Source of the DNA: Oculina patagonica
Taxonomy: Eukaryota
Assembly (NCBI RefSeq): GCF_052425735.1
Contig: NC_135770.1
Coordinates: 5,704,001 to 5,768,000, forward strand
Direction of reading: 5' to 3'
DNA length: 64,000 nucleotides
Program-made: the position numbers and the translations under genes
In this document: one piece after another, positions 12,491 to 25,114 of the stretch
How the letters are laid out: every line of letters starts with the position of its first letter
Position numbering within the stretch: position 1 is the first letter of the stretch
The notes under the pieces: generated by a model
Told to the model about the DNA's origin: nothing
Seen by the model: the letters and a program-made list of their open reading frames with translations, nothing else
The model's database searches: none

Positions 12491-12992
12491 TAGCAAATTT
12501 AAAACACAATAAGAAAATAACAACCATGAAATCCAAAATACAATAATTCACATTAATTCGCACTAAAATATACTTTCTACAGTTTCTCAGTACAATTTGC
12601 TGTGTATTCCATGCCGCTCTGCTATTTATAGCCGGTGCTGAATTCCTGCAACATGTCTTGCCTCAAGCCAGTATACTTTCCTTTGCCCTCGAATAATAAG
12701 GTCTTCAGCAAAATACGGGTAGAAAACCTCTTTGTCTGCCCTACAGGAAAATGCGATAGAGAAGCTTTAGAATCCAGCTGCTTTATTTTTCTGATCGCAG
12801 TCCTTCTAGATTTTCGACCACAAAAAAGTATTGAAAAAGGGTTACAAATGACCGCTCACTTCACACGCCGGAATTGCACTGAACAACATAAAAGATAACA
12901 GTAAAATCAAAACAAGAGTGGAAATTAAGAATAAAAAGCAGTCTTCAGTGTATCAAAATGAAAAAAGAAAATGAGAAGAAAACTTACTTTAG

Positions 12993-13238
12993 TTAATAAC
13001 CTGAGCGTTCGTCGTGTTCTCTTGGAATCTGACGATTGCGCTGGACGCTGTGATTTTTATTCTCCTCGTCAGTTCTGCTCACACTACGCCTCCTGGCTGC
13101 TACAGGTTGCCGTGGCTGATTCTCTTCAACTCGAGCCGGATCCCGATTCGTTACCGTTAGGTAGTAGATTACAAAGCAGAGGGCCGCAAACTGAAATACA
13201 ACACACGCTGCGTTCAAAAATTCTTGAATGGGAGACAT
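12993..13238 (-). CDS. Small single-pass membrane protein, copy 4 (MSPIQ subtype, 81 aa)
   Basis: Paralogous ORF; putative 3'UTR intron 12987->12879 (GTAAGT ... ttttatgttgttcAG). Confidence 0.75.
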   Translation of the reverse strand: MSPIQEFLNAACVVFQFAALCFVIYYLTVTNRDPARVEENQPRQPVAARRRSVSRTDEENKNHSVQRNRQIPREHDERSGY

Positions 13239-13829
13239 AGTTACGGAATGCGCCGTACTTCAGAATGAGTGAAATAGCTAGCAAGTGAAAGTATGACTCT
13301 CTCTGAATTTAATCATCCAGCCATAAAAAATCGTAATCCAACCATGCAAGCGCCTAACCAATGGCAGTCAAACATAAAGAGGGGCTTTCCCTGATTTTAA
13401 CCACTCATGTGCAAGCACGCTGCACGGTCCCATATATTCCGTCCAAAAACACACACACACACACAAGCTGACAAAGCCAATTATGTGAGTTAGATATTGT
13501 AAGCCTTCCAGGTAGCACACCTCTTGACCTTGCGATATAAAATGGAAAAATACCTCTCGTTTAATTTGCAGCAATTGTATTTTTGCGGCAGTTGTATCAA
13601 CATGCCTCGAGCAAGTAACAGTTCTTCTGAGTGACTTTTAACCACAGATCACTGGCGATTACAGACGAGCTAGTTAGTGCGACCATATCTTCTCGTTTTT
13701 TCCCCAAACGCCTGAACAAATCGAAAAAAACATTCAAATGAATAACTATAACGAATGCGCGTGCGATAACAGCAGCAGGAAGCCGAAGAACATTAAATAT
13801 CACAGTCAAGGCACTTGAGTATCGCATGA

Positions 13830-14380
13830 GATCCCATACACAATTGCGGGACAATACACTGTGACAATGACATTCTTTACTCCTACGTTGGTTTGTAATA
13901 AAGTTCCATCAAAACACATCAAAAGCTAAACGATTTTCATCAGGACATCTGACAAATTCTAAACATGTCTATAATTAGTTTCTAAAACCATCGTTTCATG
14001 CCATTCTTTCAGTACTTCAACGACGAACGTTAGTTTGTGCTGACGTTCAATTGAAAAAGTATAATTTCATCAAAAGCTACATGAAACTTTATCAACACAC
14101 CTGATAAAGTATAAGCACGTCAAACTAGGTTCTAAAATCATCGGATGAAATCCCAAACACAATGACATTCTTTACTCCAACGTGAGTTTATAATGGCGTT
14201 CTATTGAATAAGTATAATTTCATCAAAACACATCAAAAGCTACATGAAACTTTATCCAGACTCCTAATAAAGTATAAACATGTCAAACCAGTTTCTAAAA
14301 TCATCGGATGAAATCGTAGACACAATAACAATCTTTACTCCTACGTTAGTTTGTCAGTAATGACGTTTTATTGAATAAGT
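13830..14380. repeat. Satellite array 2 (continues at 23670-23830 after the Gypsy insertion)
   Basis: Same unit as 7890-9135; the unit resumes across the LTR element. Confidence 0.8.
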
Positions 14381-14553
14381 TGTAATAAACGTCACACAGG
14401 AAGATATAGACAGTTCCTGAAGTCGTTTTTACTGTTTTAATCGCGTAGCCGAGTAACAAACAACAACATACACCGAAGTCAAATCGTTCTCTCTACCACG
14501 TGCTTTTAGTCCGATCCTTACACTATGTATAATGCACAAAGTGTCCCATTACA
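14381..14553 (-). repeat. 3' LTR (173 bp)
   Basis: Matches 23490-23669 except for one substitution and a 7-bp indel. Confidence 0.95.
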
Positions 14554-14686
14554 CTATCCCCTCTACTAAAAAGAAGGAATCTCCAGATTCACGATCATTC
14601 CGTGTACTAAAACGTGTACTAAAACAAAATAAAGTCAATCCGTTAACTTAATCTCTTAAGAAAGTTCTGAAACAGTTTGAGTACTC

Positions 14687-17600
14687 TCAATGTTCTCGCA
14701 ATGTTCTAGCTTTCTTCAGCAATTTTGGTTTCAGTTTCTTTATCCGCTCCTTGTCCTGCCTCTGCTTGTCTTCCAACATCTTCAAGCGGTCCGTAATCTG
14801 CTGTAAACTATTCAGAATCCATTCTCCATAACGGTCTGGGGGTCTTCTTATGCGTGCTGGTCTTTGGCTCTGGCCAATTAACTGTTCTTCTTCGACCTCG
14901 TCTTCATCTTCTCTGCTCTCTCCCCCATTCCTGTAACAACCTTGAGCATTCTCTGACTGTTCACCTCCCTCAGCCGCTGGTATTTCTACTACATGGTCAC
15001 TTCTAGCACCCTGTTCAATTTCCCTGCCTGAAGCAGAATCAGCAAGGAAGGACGGGTCCCCGCTAGTGCTCTCGCGGTCACTTCCAGCACCCTGTCCAAT
15101 TTCTCTGTCTGAAGCAGAATCAGCAGTAGGACGGGTTCCCACTTGCGCTCTCGTCTGGCATATCAACAACCTGGTTGTACCCTTCACTTCTAGCCGCGGC
15201 TCAAACAACCTCTTCCTCAGTTCCACTGGTTACGGTATCAGGTTCCATTGATACCACTCTCTCCAATGTTGTCTGTACCTGTTCACCAGCTCCGCTGCCT
15301 CCTTGTTGTGCATCCACTGCTTCCCTGGCACCCGTTTCCTCCCCACTTCCTTCCTGCCTTCTCTGATACAACCGCAAGTTGTTGAAATGGACTACTTGAG
15401 ACTTCCTGGAATGTCCCCTGACCTTCTTCACACGGTACGTTACATCAGTGACCCGTTCCACTATCTCATATGGTCCCTCCCACAGTCGATGGAACTTGCT
15501 AGTTTCACCCTGCTTCAGCTGTGGGTCGTAGCGCAACACCAAATCACCAGCTTGAAACACCATGTGTCTCACTCCCTTGTCGTACGCATCCTTCTGACGA
15601 CGTTGAGCTACTTTGAGATTTTGCCTCACATCTCGGTATGCAGTTTCTAGGCTTCCTTGAAGGTCCGCAACAAATTCAGAGTAACTGCTTTCATTACCCA
15701 TGGGCCCACTGCCCATCATTACATCCAGAGGTATCCTCATCTCCCTCCCAAACATTAGCTCAAAAGGTGTATGTTCCGTGGAGGAGTGGACACTACTTCG
15801 GAAGGCCATCATGCAGTAATCTAGCTGTTCATCCCAGCCCTGCGGATCACCTTCAACTCTGGCTTTCAGCATGCTTTTAAGTGTCTTATGCATATTCTCA
15901 ACTTGTCCATTGCCCTCTGGATGATACGCAGTTGTCCGAGTCTTGTTGATGTTCAGCAAATGGCACATTTCTTCAAACACCTGGGACTCAAAGTTTCTTC
16001 CCTGATCGCTGTGTATGCTGTCTGGCACACCATACCGACAAATCCAGTTCTTTACCAGCACCCTTGCACAAGTTGTGGCGCGTTGATTAGAAATGGCATA
16101 CGCTTCAGCCCACTTTGTAAAACTATACTGCACAGTCAGAATGTAGCGATTTCCCCTTCGAGACCTTGGTAAGGGGCCAACTATGTCAATATGGATTCTC
16201 TGCATAGGGTTTCCAGATGGTATCGAATGCAGGGGTGCCTTTGGGTAAGGCCTGGACTTACACTTGGCACATGTAACGCAACTGCTACAATACCGATGGA
16301 CTTCTCCAAAACCTGGTTTTCATCTTCTTCAGGGTCTTCATTCTTCCTAAGTGGGCACCTGCTAGACCATCATGAACTTCTCTGAGCGATTCTTTAACAA
16401 GTTCGTGAGGTAAGACCATCCTGCTTTTGGCTGACGGAGTTCTTTCGGATGACCGCAGATAAAGTACTCCTTCTCGTAGCTCCAATAGTTCCCATTGCGC
16501 CCAGATTTCTCTTGTTGCTCGACTCAAGGGTCGGAGTTCCTCATCGGTTGGTTTCTTCCATTCCTGCAATAATCGATCTACAACTGGGCCAATATCAGGG
16601 TCCTCACTTTGAGCTCGCGCCACATTCTTGGATGACCGCAGATCCTTTTCATTGTCCTCGTGATCACAAGGCAGCCTGCTGGTGACTGTTGCTACCTCTG
16701 ACTTTGTCGGTGGAACACATGAGGGACATTCTCCATGATTTCGCCTAGGCCGTCGAGACAAGCTGTCTGCATTACTGTGTTGCTTTCCTGGCCGGTGTTG
16801 TACCTCATAGTCGTACTCTTGGAGGCGTTCAAGCCAGCGAGCCACCTGCCCTTGAGGCTCCCTTGAGACGTCAACCATTTCAATGAGGAATGGTCAGTTC
16901 GTATACGGAACCTTCGCCCTAACAAATAGTATCGGAAGTAGTCAACATAGGTCACTAAAGCAAGCATTTCCAACCGAGTGGCACAATAATTCTTCTCATG
17001 TTCATTCAAGGAGCGACTACCATAAGCAATCACCCGCTCAGTCCCATCCTCCTGCTGCTGAGATAGAACTGCTCCAATTCCATGGTATTGGCTTGCATCA
17101 GTGTCAAGTATGAAAGATCCTGCCTCAGGACTGAAATCGGGATATGCTAGCACTGGCGCGCTTACCAGGCGGTCTTTCAGTTCCTCGAATGCTGACTGTT
17201 GTTCCTGTTGCCAAGTGAACGCCACATTCTTCCTACAGAGTTGATAAAGAGGCTCAGCGATGATGGAAAATCCAAGGATGAATTTCCTATAATAGCTAGC
17301 AAGACCAAGGAAGCTTTGAAGCTCTTTCACATTCACTGGCACTGGCCATGTTTTGACGGCTTTAACTTTCTCAGGGTCAGTCTTTATCCCATCGGAAGAC
17401 ACCACATGTCCCAGAAAGGCAACTTCCTTTCTGAGAAATCGACACTTAGTTGGCTTAAGTTTCAAACCAGCAGCCCTTTTACGATCGAACACCAACCGCA
17501 GACGGCGAATGTGTTCTTCAAAGGTAGGAGCCCAGATGATGATATCATCCAAATACACTAAACAGTGGGTCCAGGTGAGACCATTGAGTGCTAGATTCAT

Positions 17601-19139
17601 TAATCTGGTAAAGCTAGCTGGTCCGTTTGTCAATCCGAATGGCATAACTGTCCACTGAAACTGTCCACGATGAGTTGAGAAAGCTGTTTTAGGCCTATCC
17701 TCTTCTTTCACCTGCATCTGCCAGTACCCCGAAGCCAAATCCAGACTAGAAAACCACTGAGCTCCACCCAAGGCCACCAACAAATCATCTGTCCGAGGCA
17801 GGGGTATGGCATCCTTCTTTGTAGACTGATTAAGTTTACGGAAGTCAATGCACATACGATATGTTCCGTCATGTTTCCTTGCAAGCACCACTGGACTGCT
17901 CCATGGACTTTGAGACGGTTCAACCCTGCCTGTAGCTAGCAGCTCATCTATTTGCTGATCAATAACTTCTCGCTGGTAGGGTGGTACCCGACGGGGAGGC
18001 TGTTTCACTGGTTTGCAATCACCGGTGTCGATGGAATGTTCTAAGAGGCCCGACTTTCCTAAATCAGAGCTGTCCTTCGCAAAGATGTCCGCGTATTCTG
18101 TTACTAGAGACAGAAATTGTCCTCGCTGGTCTTCTGACAGCCCTTCCAGGTTACCTTGTAAACTTGATTTCCACTTTTCTTCCTTCATTGGCTCCTCATC
18201 TTTCACTACTGGTCTGTCAATAACCGAACAAGATGGATGAGAGGCACTTGTAACATCTGGATCCATTTCCATGGGAACAACATGGCCATCCACACTACTA
18301 ATAGGGTGGTATTCAGCAACAGGAAAATCTGACCGCAGTCTGATGGGTCTATCCGAGAAGTTAGCAACTCGAACTATGGTCAGTCCATCCCTGGGGATCA
18401 CTAACGAACGAGCTATATTAATTTCTGATTTGCCCCTCAGTTCCTTTGACTCCTCTAAAATCCCAGGACTGCCAGTGTTACGATCATATCCATTCTCTAA
18501 CTTGGCTTCAAATACTTGCTCAGTTCCGGGTTCTACTTGTATGTCATCACTCAGAAAAATTCTACAAACACTTGGTGTAACCTTGCTGTACCTGATTGGA
18601 ATTTCGGTATGGCCAACTACAAAGGTTCCAGTGTCATAGTGAACTTGACAGCCAAAATGCTGGAAAAAGTCTGAGCCAAGTATGCAATCATGGGATAGGC
18701 CCCGTGCAATCATGACTGACCAGAAACAATCAATGTTTCCTACTCGAAATCTAACTTTTGTTTCTCCCAGAACCGTTAATTCATTTCCATTTGCAGTGGT
18801 CAGGGTCCCAGTCACTGGGTTGACTTTTGAGACATGTCCACTTTTTCTCCATGTTTCCTCATTCAAAACACTAACAGTTGCACCAGTGTCTAGCAATATA
18901 CAAGTTACACTATGGTTGACAAGTCCTGAAATATAGATTCCAGAGTCTGATATGGCAGAAAGTACATTGTTACTTATAAAAGCAGGGTTGTTTACCTCAT
19001 TGGCGACTTCTGGTGCTTGGGCCACCACTGTGGGCCTCACGGGGACTGCCTGGCCCTCGGCAGGCCCCGAGCTCTGTTTCCCCCTTCTTTGTATGGACAA
19101 CTCCGAGCAAAATGGCCAGGTTCGCGGCAAGCAAAACAC
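14687..19139 (-). pseudogene. pol: Gypsy pol (protease LLDTGA, RT YLDD, RNase H, integrase), broken by frameshifts near 16870, 16290 and 15220
   Basis: ORFs 16692-19139, 16285-16878, 15201-16205 and 14687-15226 carry consecutive pol domains in different frames. Confidence 0.9.
19032..19082 (-). promoter_or_regulatory. -1 programmed ribosomal frameshift signal (G GGA AAC plus hairpin/pseudoknot)
   Basis: Slippery heptamer in gag phase at 19082-19076; 6-nt spacer; CGGGG-C-CTGCC / GGCAG-T-CCCCG stem; pol lies in the -1 frame. Confidence 0.75.
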
Positions 19140-19856
19140 ACCCCATCATTGCGGCGCCGTGCAGTCGAAGTCGATTCAGCTTTCCTTTCCAGCTCTTGAA
19201 TTTTCACATTCATACCAAGGACTATCTCCTTAAGCTCACGAATCTCAGTCGAAATTTTGTCACCATCCGCTGAAGCACTCACCACATTCACCGACTTTTT
19301 TCTTTTCCACAGATGGCACGGCCTGGCAAGCTTTACGCGCGCTTTCCAACCGACGAACAACACGAACAGCCTCCACAAGCGACGCCGGTTGACTCATGAA
19401 AACTTTTTCTCGTAAATCATCACTGATTGCCACTCCTTGAATAAACTGATCTCTTGCCAGTTCCACCTTGAAGGAATAAGCTGCCTCTGGGTAGGCATTT
19501 TCCACTAGCTCCATTAAATGATCGGCGAATGCTTCGAAGTCCTCATTTGGCCTTTGACACCTAGCCCGTAACTGCAATTTATAATCTTCTTTCGTCTTGC
19601 CCGAATCAAACCTTTGGATCAGTTGTGCCGTGAATTCCTCGAAAGTTAACGATCCCGAAAGCTTGAGCAGCTCAACCGCTTTGTAGGCCGGTTGATCCAG
19701 TAGGGTGAGCAAATAAGCTCGACGATCTGAAGGCTTGATATGTACGAGATTTGCATACTGAAGAAACTGCGAAAGCCATGTTTTGAAATTTTGACCCACT
19801 GAATAAACACGCGGAGCTCGTACGTTCCTCCTAAATTCCGTTTCGCTAGAAACCAC
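19037..19856 (-). pseudogene. gag: Gypsy gag, 3' part (CCHC knuckle CFACREPGHFARSC), frameshifted near 19300
   Basis: ORFs 19260-19856 and 19037-19378; the N-terminus lies at 23272-23453, beyond the nested element. Confidence 0.85.
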
Positions 19857-20029
19857 CGGCTAAACTTCAGAATACCCGGCCACAATTCCGTGACATTAAA
19901 GTTCTGCTCCCGCAGTCCCGCAGTCAATAAATATTTGCATATGGAAACAAAAGAGAAATACATAAGAAGCATGCTCCCGCAGTCCTGTAGTCCCGTAGTC
20001 ATCCGCAAATAAAAAACTTACGCTAACGC

Positions 20030-20480
20030 ATGAAAATACGCCATGAGCCGAAAACAAACACGCTACACATGAATATTCCTCGTTCTATAATCCATGAGCC
20101 GAAAACAAGCACGATACACATGAATATTCCTCGTTCCATAATCCATGTGCCGAAAACAAACATGCTACACATGAATATTCCTCGTTCTATAATCCATATG
20201 CCGAAAACAAACACGCTACACATGAATATTCCTCGTTCCATAATCCATGTGCCGAAAACAAACATGCTACACATGAATATTCCTCGTTCTATAATCCATA
20301 TGCCGAAAACAAACACGCTACACATGAATATTCCTCGTTCTATAATCCATGAGCCGAAAACAAGCACGATACACATAAAAAACTTACGCTAACATGAACA
20401 TATACCTCGTTCCATAATCCATGTGCCGAAAACAAACACGCTAAACATGAATATTCCTCGTTCTATAATCCATGTTACAC
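20030..20480. repeat. 51-bp minisatellite (~7 units) inside the Merlin element
   Basis: ccatgagccgaaaacaaacacgctacacatgaatattcctcgttctataat repeats; they account for the periodic ORFs at 20023-20392. Confidence 0.9.
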
Positions 20481-22191
20481 ATATAATCCACGACCAGTGC
20501 ATGTTCGCAGTCACACAATTGTTGCTTACTTTGTATAAGCGTCACGTAAAGTTGAAAATGTCAATTCCGGAATCGCTTACAACCAATAAAAACAGCAAAG
20601 ACTGACAAATGACACATATTAAAATTCACATTTTTTATTTACCTTAAAATCCTAACAAGCACTTCATAACATCCTAACAACGATTCACAAATTATCATTT
20701 TGCTAGTGCCCAATTTTGGGGTCTTAATTCGCTGCATAAATTTTCTTCACATCATTCAAAACTCAGAGACTCAAAGGACAGTACAGAATGCAATATGGCC
20801 AATCAATCGACAGCATGATAATAATTTTCCAGGGTAATTTCGCTTGAGAATAAGTCAAATGAGTTCACCTTTCAGTTCAGTATTGAAGCAGCAAACGTGA
20901 TATTTGTGCTTTTCGTACAAAGGTTTGTAACATGATACCTTTGTTTTTCTCTTAGACTGCTATGATGCGTTTAAATCTAATTAAATTAACGCCACGGATT
21001 CTACAAGAATCATACCGCATTGTCCCCTTCAGCATTTAGAAAAAGACCTAAAAAATTACAAATTTTCAGAACAGTGCACGAGCAAAGCACAAACTATTAA
21101 TTACAAAGCATAAAATGTCGAAATTGCGACTTTTCCCCCGAAATTGTCGCTAAAATTGCGGCTTTTTTCCCCGAAATTGTCGCTAAAGCATTTCGTGCAC
21201 CAGATCATGCTCTCGCCACGGTCTGGTGAACACGTCACACGCTCACTCAAGCATGAAGCCGAGAAGCACGTAGTGTGAAGATTTCTTTCAAGAAATGTCG
21301 GAACCGTCACGAAAGCATGTTCAAACACTAAAGCGGCAGAGGTTTTACAAAATAAAACGGAGGTTAGTTCAACCGATGGAGAACAAATCAAAGGAAAGGA
21401 AGTGACGGATGTAACATGATATTGTTGTTTTTCTCGCAGATCGCTGTGATGCCTTTTAAGTCTAATTAAATTAACGCCACGGATTCTACAGGAATTCAAC
21501 CGCATTGAAAAGCACACCACGTTGGGCTTTAATACAAAATTTCTAAACACGTCCCTGTTATTTTAATTTTCGATAGCTTGAATTTCAGTTTAATATTGAA
21601 ACAGCAAACGAGATACTTTTGTTTTTGTCAAAAACATGTAACATACTTTTGTTTTTGTCGAAAACGGATGTAACATGATGATATGGTAACGTGATTTATT
21701 TTCTGCAAACAAGGCGACATTGATTATAACACAGATATTATCAATTAATTATGAGATGCTAGATCACCTTTTCTAAGAAAACAGCGTTGCCATATCAAGA
21801 ATTATTTCACATGAACTGCTATGACGCCTTAGTGTCTAATTCAATTAATTTGTGGTTTTAACTTGGGACCACGGAGTCTACACGAATCCTTCTGCAGAAG
21901 AAAAACGCAATGTTCGTGATGTAGACTGATCTGCGCATGCGTTTAGCACAAAGTATTTTTTTTCCAGAAAGAATTGTACCACAAGGAGAGCATAGTGCTT
22001 TCTGAAACAAATATATACCTTGAGTTCTTCAATTGTAAGTATCGTAATGTACTCCCCGATTTACCAAGGGCACACGGTCAGGTGCTCTCCATCCCTTCCC
22101 CCCTTTATAGAAATAATTAATTAATTGATATTAATTAATTAATTGGTGATTAAAAGTTTACACCGCGTTAGCGGTTTAGTGGTTTAGGGGT

Positions 22192-23100
22192 TTAGCAAAC
22201 GCCAACCCACCAAACCATCACAATAGTGCATTCTGCACTAAAAACCATGAACAAGTCCTCGCCTCTGTGAGTATATCGCCACATAAATTCAGCCAAATAA
22301 GTTGAAAACAAATGTTTCCGTACTCCGAATTTCGGAAGTCTGCACTTCGCATGCCTCCAATGTCCTTCTATTTTATTTTTGTGATCGCCTTCTTCATTTA
22401 CAAATTCAATCGAGTGGTTCACTGTTCGATGTTCATACCCATGCTTGTCAAGATTGGTGTAAGCTTTCCAGCAATCGGACACGATAATTGTTCCTGGTGC
22501 GATCCACTTTTCAATTATCGGTAATAGCGTTCCTTCATCCCGTTTTTCGACTGTCACAAGAAAAGACTTCCTCACTGTCCTCTTCAATTCCGCCAAACAC
22601 CCACTGACCTTCCACGTGATGCCCTCGATGGTACTTCCTTTTTCCAAATTTGCTCTCGTCAATCTGCATGAACTTGCCTTCTCCTCCAAGTTTTTCGCTG
22701 TTTTCAAACATAGTGATTTCACAAACTTCCCGACAAAAGCTGTCCCAGTCAACACCAGTACTTTCCGCGAGTCCCAATTCATGTTTAATTTGAGACTGGT
22801 CAAGATCTTGGCACCACCAGTACGTCAACTTCACAATCTCTTCCAACGTCATTTTGCTCTTCTCGAACCAGCTACCTTTCCTGATCGATATCTCTGCTTT
22901 GTGCCTTTCCCCTTTTACCTGCTTCCTGCATTCCCACTTGAATGAATCTGAACGATCAGCACATTTTGTCAAGGTCATCCCTTCCTCGCACTTTGGACAC
23001 AATCGTTCCTTTGCTATCAGGCCTTCATCCATTAGCCAGTTAATAAACATCTCTTTATCCACCATTAGGCCTACTAGATCACCGTAACGCCACTTTTTGT
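22192..23100 (-). pseudogene. ISXO2/IS1595-family (Merlin) DDE transposase with a frameshift near 22570
   Basis: CPKC/WEC N-terminal Cys motifs, QIDESKFGKRKYHRG..WVFGG, then in another frame IVSDCWKAY..H.TVNHS..N.IEGHW..YLAEFMWR. Confidence 0.9.
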
Positions 23101-23271
23101 GTTTGTTGTTGCGGCCGTAGCTTCCTGTTTGCGATATTCCTGTGTCAGGTAAGTATTTCTTTTTGTTTTCGACTGCGGGAGCACTAGTTTTATACACTTG
23201 TAATATTTCTTTCTTATCGACTGCGGGAGTGCAGGACTGCGGGAGCACCAGTTCTATATATTTGTAATATA

Positions 23272-23453
23272 ACCACCATGCTCTCCTTCAGGGCCTGGGA
23301 TAAGGTATTCACAAGCTGCTGAATTTCAGAACTCTCCTCCTGCGATGCACTTTTTGAAGCTTTTGGTAGTGGCTTCGCTTCTTGTTTTGGCGCGGTTTCT
23401 GTTGGAAGACCGCCTTCGGCGCCTTTGGGAATTTCCTCTTCTCCGTCACTCAT
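23272..23453 (-). pseudogene. gag: Gypsy gag N-terminus
   Basis: ATG just after the PBS; MSDGEEE...KESMVV continues in frame at 19856 once the insertion is removed. Confidence 0.8.
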
Positions 23454-23463
23454 TTCTGGTCAC

Positions 23464-23489
23464 TTCGAATCCCAGACCGCTGCCACCAA
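23464..23489 (-). promoter_or_regulatory. Primer-binding site complementary to the 3' end of tRNA-Leu
   Basis: Plus strand ttcgaatcccagaccgctgccacca resembles the metazoan tRNA-Leu 3' end (TTCGAATCCCACCGCTGCCA-CCA) with a 2-nt bulge. Confidence 0.8.
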
Positions 23490-23669
23490 TGTAATAAACG
23501 TCACACAGGAAGATATAGACAGTTCCTGAAGTCGTTTTTACTGTTTTAATCGCGTAGCCGAGTAACAAACAACAACATACACCGAAGTCAAATCGTTCTC
23601 TCTACCACGTGGCACGTGCTTTTAGTCCGATCCTTACACTATGTATCATGCACAAAGTGTCCCATTACA
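23490..23669 (-). repeat. 5' LTR (180 bp)
   Basis: TGTAAT...ATTACA ends; followed by the TSD AAGT. Confidence 0.95.
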
Positions 23670-24838
23670 AAGTATAATAACATCAAAACACATGGAAAGC
23701 TACATGACATTCGGACACCTGATAAAGAATAGTCATGTCTATAACCAGTTTCTAAAATCATCGGATGAAATCCCAAACATAATGACTTTCTTTGCAGTAC
23801 ATGTATGTAGGTAATGACGTTTTATGTAAGCTTTGCTTTGAAGTGATAAATTGTTGATTTTATATATTATTCCTTGCTGTTCTTTCAATTATGCCGCGTC
23901 CCCTGGCTACTTAAGGCTTTTGCGTGGGGGTCAACTGCCTGGTGGTGTTTCATTTTTTTTTTTTTTTTTTCAACCCCTTCTTTAAACCTCTTAAAATTTC
24001 ATTCAAATTCAGGTAGCACCCCACCTTAAAAGGGCTAGGTCACGGTATTTTAGCTAATACTATTTATATTCGTTATTAAGCGCTCTAAACTTTAAACTGG
24101 TAGAGCAAAAGTCTCTTACATTGGCAAAATCACGGCCACATAACAAACAAGGATGATTTTCGAGCATTGTAAATGACACGTTCATACAAATTGAGACAAA
24201 CTTGAAAAAAAAGTCGGGGCAACGTTTTTCAAGTTAACCCGAACGCAATCCATTTGAATCTTCGCGAATTTTGCCCATCCATGCCCCTTATTGGGCTTTC
24301 TGTGTTTCTTTTGCGTTCTTCTACAGTTTTAAGCCGTTATTGTGATATTTCAGTTAATTCTATGAAGTTGGCTCCAATAATCGATGAACTACTTGCTGCA
24401 TTTGGCAGTGAAGTTCTGAGAGCTGAGGTAAGACAAAGTACATTTTTGGATGCGCGATTCCAGTTAGTTTTCCATACAGTATGTGGGTAAATAATATTAC
24501 ACGGATTTACATTTGTATATATTAAATGTGAATCTGAACTTTGACGGAAGTGTAATTAAGTGTATCTATTTCGCTATATTATCTTTGCGTCATGCAATAT
24601 GTAATTTGAATTCTTATAAAATATCTCTCTCGTTAAAAATGGACTGCTCGGCAGTTTATTCGGACAAGCGCTACATCACCATTCTCCGATGACCACACCG
24701 CAAAAAAGAACTTCTCGACAGCATTTTTATATGTTCTTTTTTACCAGTCTTTGATCACTTCATTGTAAAAAGAATTGCTTGGCACTTATGTCAAGTATTT
24801 CATTAGTCTTCGATCGCCACACTGCATTGCATCGGCGA

Positions 24839-25114
24839 TTAAAGTTTCGCACAAGGAACCATTCCTGCCACGCGACACACTTCATCTGCCACGCGTGTTC
24901 CAGTTTCTATAGCAGTAGGCACAGTTGAACATGACCGCAGACTAGTAGCTTCACCAGCAAAAAACAGGCGATCTTCTACAGGGCTGGCGAGCACGTGACG
25001 AGAGTCGTACGCATGAGCAGTAGGTGAGGTGTATCCTCCGCGAATGAAGGGATGGTTGGACCAGTGGAAGTACACATAATCTCCATGAACGAGTTGCTGG
25101 CGGGATGTGGGTCA
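24839..25114 (-). pseudogene. Orphan C-terminal fragment of a flavin-containing amine oxidase ending in a PTS1-like AKL
   Basis: W..HPFIRGGYTSP...RLFFAGEATS...TVPTAIETG.R.A.EV motifs; probable 2-nt frameshift near 25083; no upstream exons seen in the window. Confidence 0.75.

Larger units (their letters stand above)
19858..23274 (-). mobile_element. Merlin/IS1595-type DNA transposon nested in gag
   Basis: gag (...KESMVV | VSSETEF...) is split here; inverted TGCTCCCGCAGTC motifs at both ends; transposase remnant inside. The exact right end and TSD are ambiguous. Confidence 0.85.
14381..23669 (-). mobile_element. Gypsy/Ty3 LTR retrotransposon (full-length, degenerate, carrying a nested Merlin element)
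   Basis: LTRs 23490-23669 (5') and 14381-14553 (3') with TG...CA ends; 4-bp TSD AAGT; PBS next to the 5' LTR; PPT at 14554-14567; PR-RT-RH-IN order. Confidence 0.95.

Noticed and set aside
20023-20392. Periodic 17-aa repeat ORFs on both strands
   Set aside because: A by-product of the 51-bp minisatellite. It is not a CRISPR array either, since there are no unique spacers.
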